Shown: piece by piece, positions 56,279-64,000 of the stretch
Layout of the letters: every line of letters begins with the position of its first letter
Numbering within the stretch: the stretch's first letter is position 1
Source of the DNA: an uncultured virus (IMG/VR IMGVR_UViG_3300000243_000001)
Lineage: Duplodnaviria; Heunggongvirae; Uroviricota; Caudoviricetes
DNA length: 64,000 nt
Reading direction: 5' to 3' (one strand)
Virus record (IMG/VR): IMGVR_UViG_3300000243_000001
Translations under genes and position numbers: made by a program
Notes under the pieces: model-generated
The model's database searches: none
What the model was told of the DNA's origin: nothing
Seen by the model: the letters and a program-made list of their open reading frames with translations, nothing else

Positions 56279-58315
56279 ATGAAAGTATATGGTAAAACTA
56301 ATATATTCTCTGGGAATATTAGTTCAAACGTTGCAGAAGAGTCTGATAAAGCTCAGAATATATTGGCTACTGATAAGTTATCTGAATTCGATATATCTGG
56401 GCTTGATTCTGAGGTATCAATTATTGATAAAGATACACATTCATTAACAACATTTAATCCGAATGAGTCCCGATGGGATGATACAATTGATACTGGTGAG
56501 CCTGATGATACTGTATTTGTTCGAGATATTAATATTCGATTGAAAAGTATGCGTCACTTTGCTGCATCTGCTATTGATTCTCATTTGTCTATCGACAAAA
56601 CATTATTTGATTTCGGTCCAATAGGTTCACCAGAAGATTTCGTTATTGACTTCTTAATATATAAGCCAGATGTCGATACTTTTGGGACGTTATTGTATAA
56701 TGGTCAGTATACCGGTCAAGTTGATCTTGAACAGAATAAGAATTTTCTTCTTACAACTTCCGGTACAACCTTGGTTAAAGTTCCTAATTATCAAGATGAT
56801 CCAAATGTATCCCATAATTCTGCTGATAATGGGTATGTTGTTTGTCGTAGACCATATTTAAAATCTAATATTAAATTAGATGCCTATAGTAATTATCACA
56901 TAGCAATCATTCGATCTGGTGATACAACATACCTTGCAATAAATGGTGAAATTAATGATTCTGCACCATCTGTTGAATATTTTTCGTATGATGATGTTAA
57001 GTTTGGAACCGGTTATTATAACTCTGGTCAAGTAACTAACATTATGTCTCGGTTACGGGTTACTAAAGGTACTGATCGAGGGTGGAATAAGAATTTCACA
57101 CCACCAGATTATGAAGATACTGATGGTTGTGATTTTGTTTTACATGATACTAATCTTGAAGATATGATGGGTAATTATACATTATCGTCTGGTGGAACCA
57201 CACATTCGATAGTTAATAATATTTGTTGCACTGAATACATTTATGATAAGTATCGTAAGACAATAGTGAACTTAACCAATACTGATTTTGCTGCAGTTGC
57301 TCCTAATGCAGCTGTTCCAGTTAGTTTGGTATTATCGAATAATGAAAATCTTCGTGAGGTTGAAATTAATCACACTTCAGATATTGATTATATATCGATT
57401 CAAAGTTCAAATGAAAAGGGATATATTAATCCAAACATACCTGGTTATCTCAATACACCATCTGCAATGTATCAATGTGCTGATGTATTGGAATTGTTTA
57501 AGTTTAAAAATCATTGGGTTCAATCTAATGGTCATGTTAGTCGACCTATGACACCACATATTGCTAGACGAATAACAATGCCTGGGTATGATAGTAGTGC
57601 TAATGATTCTAATCATTATAAAGCTCCAATGGTATTGGATGCAACTGCGTTGAATAATAAGACTACGACAGGGTATACTTTTGTTAATCAAGATATATTG
57701 CCAAAATCTGATATTCATGCGGTATCGTTATCTGGTTCAGTACCAATTTATCAGGCAGCAGATTCTCAATATCAAGATTGTCGAATAGATATGATTCTTC
57801 GATTTACTGCGAATCCTACATCTAATCGATCTTGGGCATACTGCTATAACCCTGGTGTCGGTTGGGCTTGGAACGTAATAACTACTACCAGACAACTTGA
57901 ATTCAGTTTGGGTCAATATGGTGGAAATCAAACTGCGGTTCGTAGAAGTGCTTACACTGCATCGTTGCCGTTAAATGAATGGTGTTTTGTATCTATTCGA
58001 TTTGACTGTAGTGCTCCTGCTAATACTACATCTGCAAGTATATATTCATATATTCGTAGTTTAGAAACTGATGTTGTTCATCAGAATAACGTTCGAATTG
58101 GATCTTGGACATTTAGTGCAGGTGGATACTGGTATCGTTACTACTATTACAATCGCACTTATAAACTTTACATGGGATATGCATATTCTCGCGGAATAAC
58201 TCAATTCAATAGTGGTAATCCAATAGATCTTCTCGCATATCGTCGCGATGGCAATAGTGGTTATCCAACAAGAAATAGTGGATTTGAGTCAATTGAAGAT
58301 TTTATGAATATTTAG
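56279..58315 (+). CDS. LamG-domain fibre/receptor-binding protein, paralogue 5
   Basis: Conserved LamG block; aromatic-rich C-terminus (GGYWYRYYYYNR). Confidence 0.7.
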   Translation: MKVYGKTNIFSGNISSNVAEESDKAQNILATDKLSEFDISGLDSEVSIIDKDTHSLTTFNPNESRWDDTIDTGEPDDTVFVRDINIRLKSMRHFAASAIDSHLSIDKTLFDFGPIGSPEDFVIDFLIYKPDVDTFGTLLYNGQYTGQVDLEQNKNFLLTTSGTTLVKVPNYQDDPNVSHNSADNGYVVCRRPYLKSNIKLDAYSNYHIAIIRSGDTTYLAINGEINDSAPSVEYFSYDDVKFGTGYYNSGQVTNIMSRLRVTKGTDRGWNKNFTPPDYEDTDGCDFVLHDTNLEDMMGNYTLSSGGTTHSIVNNICCTEYIYDKYRKTIVNLTNTDFAAVAPNAAVPVSLVLSNNENLREVEINHTSDIDYISIQSSNEKGYINPNIPGYLNTPSAMYQCADVLELFKFKNHWVQSNGHVSRPMTPHIARRITMPGYDSSANDSNHYKAPMVLDATALNNKTTTGYTFVNQDILPKSDIHAVSLSGSVPIYQAADSQYQDCRIDMILRFTANPTSNRSWAYCYNPGVGWAWNVITTTRQLEFSLGQYGGNQTAVRRSAYTASLPLNEWCFVSIRFDCSAPANTTSASIYSYIRSLETDVVHQNNVRIGSWTFSAGGYWYRYYYYNRTYKLYMGYAYSRGITQFNSGNPIDLLAYRRDGNSGYPTRNSGFESIEDFMNI

Positions 58316-58323
58316 GAATTATA

Positions 58324-59331
58324 ATGGGACAACTTAATTTTAGTATGCCAAGCATTTGGGAGTATCTCCCGATATATAAGCAACTGTTGGGCGATAAGCG
58401 CGATTATATCAAAGATAATATTAACTTCGATTCAGTATTCGGTGTCTTTGCTGGAGCTGATAAAATTGCTGGTGGTAGATTTCTATGTTATCAACCAGAG
58501 TTATATCCATCTCAACAAGATATGATCGATACTGTTAAATTTTACAATGACAATAATGTATCTGTTCGATATACATTTAGTAATCTCGTTGCAACAGAAA
58601 AGCATCTTGACGACCCAATGGTTAATTTTGCTTTAGATATTGCACATAATGAGATGAATGGAATTATTGTTGGGAATCCGGTTATTGAAAACTATATTCG
58701 AACCACATTCCCGAAGTATAAAATCATATCATCTATTACTAATTGGAATACAACAAAAGATTATGCTAGATCTGAATTGGATCGTGGTGTTGACATGTTG
58801 GTGTTAAATTCTGCATTAATTAGAGATTATGATTTTATTAAGACTTTAGATCTATCTAGAGTTGAGATAATGATTAATGATGGTTGTGTACGAAAGTGTG
58901 CCAATCGATTTGAACATTATTCGATGGAAAGTCATATGAATTTGAACTATGACGCCGCGACCATGTATAATGATACTGACGTCTTTTCGCAATATCATGA
59001 ATGGGCACAAGCTTTTTGTACATCTCGACCGATCCCAGACGTTAATTCTTTACCTCCTGTAATTTTACCAAACGAAGTACCTTATGATTATGTTATTCCA
59101 GATGAAGAACTGGAAATGTTTGTTGATATGGATCCTGAGATTGTTTGGGAACTATTGCCTGAAGAATTTGATACGCTTGTTGATCTTGGTGTCGTTAACT
59201 TCAAAATAGCTGGTCGCGAGTTACAGGTTCCACCTATGGTTTATCTATTTTTGTTAAAGACTGATGAACAGAATAGTGAGATGTTTGATATTCATAAACT
59301 TGCAATTGAGAAATACAATCTCAGAACATAA
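58324..59331 (+). CDS. peptidase U32 family-like (putative Fe-S) protein
   Basis: GGRF, RYTFSN, NGIIVGN, KIISSIT, EIMINDGCVRKC..R..HY, NFKIAGR (cf. U32 SLKIEGR). Confidence 0.6.
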   Translation: MGQLNFSMPSIWEYLPIYKQLLGDKRDYIKDNINFDSVFGVFAGADKIAGGRFLCYQPELYPSQQDMIDTVKFYNDNNVSVRYTFSNLVATEKHLDDPMVNFALDIAHNEMNGIIVGNPVIENYIRTTFPKYKIISSITNWNTTKDYARSELDRGVDMLVLNSALIRDYDFIKTLDLSRVEIMINDGCVRKCANRFEHYSMESHMNLNYDAATMYNDTDVFSQYHEWAQAFCTSRPIPDVNSLPPVILPNEVPYDYVIPDEELEMFVDMDPEIVWELLPEEFDTLVDLGVVNFKIAGRELQVPPMVYLFLLKTDEQNSEMFDIHKLAIEKYNLRT

Positions 59332-59370
59332 ATGTTAATTTATTAGGAACAAAAACATAGAGATATAAAA

Positions 59371-60222
59371 ATGGAAAGACAAATAGCGAACATAATCGAC
59401 AATGAAACCCAGTTACTAGAACTATTTTCACGAATTGATAATGGAAAATTCTCAACGATTAACTCTGACAATTTGTCCATGATTATATCTGGTTTAGATG
59501 AAGTGAATCGTGCTACTAAATCGTTCGGTAAGAAAGATTCACAAACATTCTCTAAACTAACATCGTTAACAATGGTTGCTTCTTCCCCTTATGGTCGACT
59601 GAAACAATGTCTGGCTATAATTGAGAAGAAGCGGTCTGCGTTACGAGATAATCTATTCTTGATGAAGAAGCAGTTAAACATTTTGTCTAGATTAAACGTT
59701 GAAAAACAAAACGTAAAAGATGATGTTTTTAAGGATGTTGAGCGACAAAGACTTGATATCGAGACTGATGAAATTACATGTAAGATGTCAGACGCAATCC
59801 TATATGTTGAAGGTGCGATCAAAGAACTCGGATCATATCAAGATGCTTACTTCCAAATTAAAGAAAAACATAATATTCCAGATGACTGGAGTGAATCCCA
59901 CTATGAAGAATGTGAAGTTGAAGAACATATCAAGTTAGCATTCCATCATGCCGTTCGTGATGTAACTATGACTGGTCGGATTAACGTTGGAACTCAAGAA
60001 TATTTAGAACAATTTGGAATACATCCGTTAGAAGCAGATAAAATTGTAAATCACTATATAGCTGATTTAAGAAAAATTGAAAAACGTATTGATATTGACT
60101 CATTATACGTATTTTTAGATGATGTCGCCGTTCGATATAGAAATGAACACAAAAAATGCATAGAACGTATAGGAATAACTAATCTAGTAACCAAAGGGTT
60201 ATTGTATGGTGGTAAATCTTAA
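59371..60222 (+). CDS. helical/coiled-coil phage hypothetical protein
   Basis: 283 aa; SPYGRLKQCLA.IE.KR.AL, EYLEQFGIHP; function unknown. Confidence 0.75.
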   Translation: MERQIANIIDNETQLLELFSRIDNGKFSTINSDNLSMIISGLDEVNRATKSFGKKDSQTFSKLTSLTMVASSPYGRLKQCLAIIEKKRSALRDNLFLMKKQLNILSRLNVEKQNVKDDVFKDVERQRLDIETDEITCKMSDAILYVEGAIKELGSYQDAYFQIKEKHNIPDDWSESHYEECEVEEHIKLAFHHAVRDVTMTGRINVGTQEYLEQFGIHPLEADKIVNHYIADLRKIEKRIDIDSLYVFLDDVAVRYRNEHKKCIERIGITNLVTKGLLYGGKS

Positions 60223-60244
60223 TGTTATTGAATAGAGGGATATA

Positions 60245-63200
60245 ATGGATTATCGAATTGGAATTCAAATTCTTAGTTACAATAAGCCTAAATACTTAGC
60301 ACAGACCTTAGCTTCATTAATCGAACATAAAGGTCCTAAGGATAAGATTATAGTTTTTGAACAATCTACAGATAAAGACGTTAGACAAGAAGGGTTAGCT
60401 ATATGTAAAGAATATGATGATATTCAAGTTATTCTTTCAACCGATAACCTAGGTCAACGTGGTGCTACCAATAAAGTTATTGAGACTGGTTTCTTTGATA
60501 ACTGCGAATATGTTATGCTAACAGATCACGATAACCTATTCCATCAATCATTGGATATTTATGTAGATGTATTGAAGGCAAAACCTTTAATATGGGTTGC
60601 TACTGGGTATAACTCTCCGGAGCATGATATTGAGAATAAAGATGGTGCGTGGTTATTAAAGACTACTGCCAGAGCTGGACATATGGTTCTTCGTCAAGTG
60701 GATTTTATGTCATTAACTCCACTAGATGAGAAAGCTGGCCTTGATAACGGATGTGCTTGGTTTGCTGGATTGGATTGGTTAATTACTCATTGGCACGTTA
60801 ACTCACCTGGTCTTAAACGATTTGAGACTATCGCTTCGTATCCAGGTGGTGTTGAACATATTGGTCGTGAGAGTACATGGCAAGGTAAGTATGACGATGA
60901 GTATACCGTTGAGGAGAATCTTAAGTTTAGAAACTCTTCTATGGAGGATATTGTAAAATGGTACATACCTCGACATACATATCAAGAAGGGAAGTATTGG
61001 TATGAGAAAGTTATACCTACAATTGTTGAATCTACTCCAACTGGTGATGATTCTATTATCAAAGCTTTATTTAAGTCTACGTTTAATAAAGATGTATCTG
61101 ATTCTGATTTGAATGTTATATCGAAGTTTATCGATGCGTCAGAAACATTGATTCCGATAGTTGTTTCATGCTCCCATTATTATTCACCAGATCTTGAAGA
61201 AGACGATTATATGTATTCTCGAGATATACTTGGTCTGGAACGATGGCGCCAACGTATTCGTAAGAATATCGGTAACCATCCTATCATTGTGTTCGATGAT
61301 GGTACAGATCCCAAGCATCTTGATCGTATATTGAATAATATTGATGAACCTGCTGATATTCGGTATATTGATAATGATACTGATGATGCTGACTATGTTC
61401 CATTTGATAATAATTTTGTTATATATAGCTTCACGAAACATCTTGGTCGTATTGTTGGTGGTCATTTTAAAGGATGGTATCGTAGTTATAAAGCTGCATT
61501 AAGTATTGAATGTAGACAATTATTTTATATTGAGAAGGATTTGTTATTGAATATCAGTGATGATACTATCAATACTAATTTCGATAGATTTATTACTGGT
61601 TCACATCCACAAGGTATTGAATCTTGTTTACAGATAATGTCTCATGTTCATCGTGAACTGTTGCTTGATAAATATAACGATGAGAATGCATTCAATCCAG
61701 AGAACGACATTGAGTATATTATTGGTGAGAATGATTTATACATCATCCCTGGTATTCGTGCTGATGAATCTGATGTTAAATTCGAAATGAGTGACAATAG
61801 TTTCATCGCGAACCCATCTAATAATCATGTTGCTAAGTTCGATGGTGTCCTTGGATCCGGTATAGTTGCATTTAACTATATCTGGCCTAGTTATGGTGAT
61901 GTCTTCTTGGAACAAAGTATTCGGAGTATAATCGAATATGTTGATGAGTACATTATATTTTTAACTAAGTATTCATATATTGGTACCGAATGTGACCCGA
62001 ACCTATATCAACGAGTTAAAGATGTATGTGCATCGATTGGTGTTAAGAACATTCGTGTTGTTGAGATTACTGATCCGGAAACATGTGCTCTAGCCAAATC
62101 TAAGAATGTTGAACATTATTTTCGTAAAGTTGTTGATTTTTATATGGATAATGATCACATTAAATATGTTTGGATGGTACAATCCGACGAAGTATATGAT
62201 GATGTTGCATGTAATGAGATCATTAATTGGTGTAGGTCTGGAGATATTGAGCATTGTTTAGCAATACAAGCCAAGTGTTATTTTGGATCACCACAGTGGG
62301 CAGTACATCCGATGGAACGTTTCGATCGACCTACTGTAGTTCGTAAACGTAAAGATCTAAGTTTTCATGATCGTATAGTTAGAACAGATGTACATTTTAA
62401 TCATTATTCGTACGTATTAACTCCAGCTGAGCTTGACATTAAGCTATCTAACTGGGGTCATCGTAATGATATTGATAAGAATGAGTTCATGGAGACATTC
62501 GATGACTTAAAGTCGAATAAGCATACTCGTGATCTACATCCGATCCATCCACCAACATATGAAAGTGTTGTGTTCGACGATAGTGAGTTAGCTAAAGCAA
62601 ACTTTCGATTTTGGTTACAGTCTAATTGTAGTACTATTAAAGGGGTTGTTCACTTCATTCAAGATAACTTAATGTCTGATATTGAGACAACTTATTATTA
62701 TACCAATACAGATCCATTAGGACTATCGACTGTTAATACCGGTAATATGGTTGCCATCGTTGATGATTATGATACGTATCTTGATATCTATAAGTATAGT
62801 GATCACAATGTTCATTTTGGATCATTGAATCATGGATTGCAGTTTATTGAACAAGAGTCCATTGGGTTGTTTATATATCATTTAGATGTTGAAGGTGATG
62901 CTCGATCAATTCAAGATGACCTTGTTAATATATACAGTAAGCTTATTAATTTTGGTTGGGGTTGTGTTATTTATAAAACGGATAGCACTATTCTTGATCA
63001 ACTTCGAATTATACTTAAAGATCGACAGATAGCCGATAAGTTTGATCAGAAATTCGGTTTTAAGTTTCGTGAACTTGATTACAATGTCATTGATATTGGT
63101 GAGTATTCTGTATGTTTATTCAATGTTAACTTGAATAATCCAGTTCTCGATTCAATTATCGACGAACGAGTTATATTTGGACCATTTGTTGGTGAATTCG

Positions 63201-64000
63201 GTTGGGAATTAACTCGCTGGGCACCGATGGTTAATATGTTTAAGCAACGCAATCCTGATGTCGATGTATGTATTGCTACAGATAAAGATAGTTTCGGATT
63301 ATACACTAGTGCCGATCATACATATGCTATATCTGTACCCGACGATACTCGAGATGGGTTTCGTAATACTGGACTTACACAAAAGGTAGTTAATCGAATT
63401 ATCGAGGATATGAAGTCCGTATTTCCTGGATATCGAGTTGTATCTCCAGATGACTTTGATCCGGTACTTAATGTATTCTCATGGGAAGATAGATATGTTC
63501 ATTTTAATACCAATCATTCTCTTGAAGAGCGTATTTCTGTTAACTCTGAATTGATATCGATAGCGATATCTTCAAGATATATTGAGAATAAAGCTCGTAA
63601 CTGGTCGCGGGATAACTGGGAAACGTTTTATCAACTCATCAACAGTTCTAATAAGTATTTTGCATATGTTGTCGGTAAATCTCCAACGATCGTTAAGTTC
63701 GAAGCCGGTCGATTTAAAAGAATTGTATATGTTGAGGATCTGGTTACTCCAGATCATACTTTGATTGATGTTACGATAGCCGCATTACGTCTCAGTTGTG
63801 TAACAATTGGGCAGCAGTCTTCTTTACCAATCTTATCTCAATTTGTTGAAACTCCAACAATCATGTTTGGGCACCGTAAATATCGAAATATGAACTTCGA
63901 TAACCCTAGAAATGTACGAAAAGGATTTATCGAGAGTCCAAATTATGATATTGACCCAGTGAAACTGTATACCTACATGGATAACTTTATATCGAAACTA
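60245..64000 (+). CDS. multidomain glycosyltransferase, partial (>=1252 aa, runs off the right edge)
   Basis: Not in ORF track. ATG 60245 after GAGGGA; same frame open wherever I translated it, up to 64000. GT2 N-terminus (IQILSYNKPKYLAQTLASL, LTDHD, HIG), further GT-A-like domains (VFDDG/YIEKD; FLEQSIRSI/VQSDE/HYSY) and a GT9-like C-terminus (GPFVGEFGWEL, RNW...NW, IGQQS). Confidence 0.85.
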   Translation, partial: MDYRIGIQILSYNKPKYLAQTLASLIEHKGPKDKIIVFEQSTDKDVRQEGLAICKEYDDIQVILSTDNLGQRGATNKVIETGFFDNCEYVMLTDHDNLFHQSLDIYVDVLKAKPLIWVATGYNSPEHDIENKDGAWLLKTTARAGHMVLRQVDFMSLTPLDEKAGLDNGCAWFAGLDWLITHWHVNSPGLKRFETIASYPGGVEHIGRESTWQGKYDDEYTVEENLKFRNSSMEDIVKWYIPRHTYQEGKYWYEKVIPTIVESTPTGDDSIIKALFKSTFNKDVSDSDLNVISKFIDASETLIPIVVSCSHYYSPDLEEDDYMYSRDILGLERWRQRIRKNIGNHPIIVFDDGTDPKHLDRILNNIDEPADIRYIDNDTDDADYVPFDNNFVIYSFTKHLGRIVGGHFKGWYRSYKAALSIECRQLFYIEKDLLLNISDDTINTNFDRFITGSHPQGIESCLQIMSHVHRELLLDKYNDENAFNPENDIEYIIGENDLYIIPGIRADESDVKFEMSDNSFIANPSNNHVAKFDGVLGSGIVAFNYIWPSYGDVFLEQSIRSIIEYVDEYIIFLTKYSYIGTECDPNLYQRVKDVCASIGVKNIRVVEITDPETCALAKSKNVEHYFRKVVDFYMDNDHIKYVWMVQSDEVYDDVACNEIINWCRSGDIEHCLAIQAKCYFGSPQWAVHPMERFDRPTVVRKRKDLSFHDRIVRTDVHFNHYSYVLTPAELDIKLSNWGHRNDIDKNEFMETFDDLKSNKHTRDLHPIHPPTYESVVFDDSELAKANFRFWLQSNCSTIKGVVHFIQDNLMSDIETTYYYTNTDPLGLSTVNTGNMVAIVDDYDTYLDIYKYSDHNVHFGSLNHGLQFIEQESIGLFIYHLDVEGDARSIQDDLVNIYSKLINFGWGCVIYKTDSTILDQLRIILKDRQIADKFDQKFGFKFRELDYNVIDIGEYSVCLFNVNLNNPVLDSIIDERVIFGPFVGEFGWELTRWAPMVNMFKQRNPDVDVCIATDKDSFGLYTSADHTYAISVPDDTRDGFRNTGLTQKVVNRIIEDMKSVFPGYRVVSPDDFDPVLNVFSWEDRYVHFNTNHSLEERISVNSELISIAISSRYIENKARNWSRDNWETFYQLINSSNKYFAYVVGKSPTIVKFEAGRFKRIVYVEDLVTPDHTLIDVTIAALRLSCVTIGQQSSLPILSQFVETPTIMFGHRKYRNMNFDNPRNVRKGFIESPNYDIDPVKLYTYMDNFISKL

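Noticed and set aside
47747..58315. Diversity-generating retroelement or invertible shufflon acting on fibre tips
   Set aside because: No reverse transcriptase or recombinase in the window, no template/variable repeat pair differing at adenines seen, all cassettes are full genes in one orientation.

Overview
AT-rich, gene-dense window, standard genetic code, most consistent with a jumbo tailed phage. (1) 1-11095, minus strand: transcription/replication operon with a SWIM Zn-finger protein, a multisubunit RNA polymerase (unsplit beta-prime with NADFDGD, beta split into two genes), SSB, RNase HI and NAD-dependent DNA ligase. (2) 11327-15212, plus strand: small accessory genes including a stand-alone RelA/SpoT-type HD hydrolase and a PC4-like protein. 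(3) 15213-16978: 1.8 kb without a credible protein gene. It holds a ~200-nt hairpin-rich unit with a 7-codon minigene and an ~840-nt candidate large structured ncRNA (paired ends, many G-U-containing helices, possible pseudoknots). (4) 16979-58315, plus strand: virion-fibre cluster with a 5429-aa collagen/poly-Gly beads-on-a-string protein, about a dozen proteins sharing an N-terminal MKxYG-type module, and five LamG-like paralogues. (5) Modification enzymes in or after the cluster: a GT9-like glycosyltransferase, a U32-family protein and a >=1252-aa multi-glycosyltransferase that the ORF track missed. A D-[ST]-T-[SA] motif recurs across the structural proteins and is a candidate glycosylation sequon. 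All assignments come from manual motif reading; no searches or folding programs were run.
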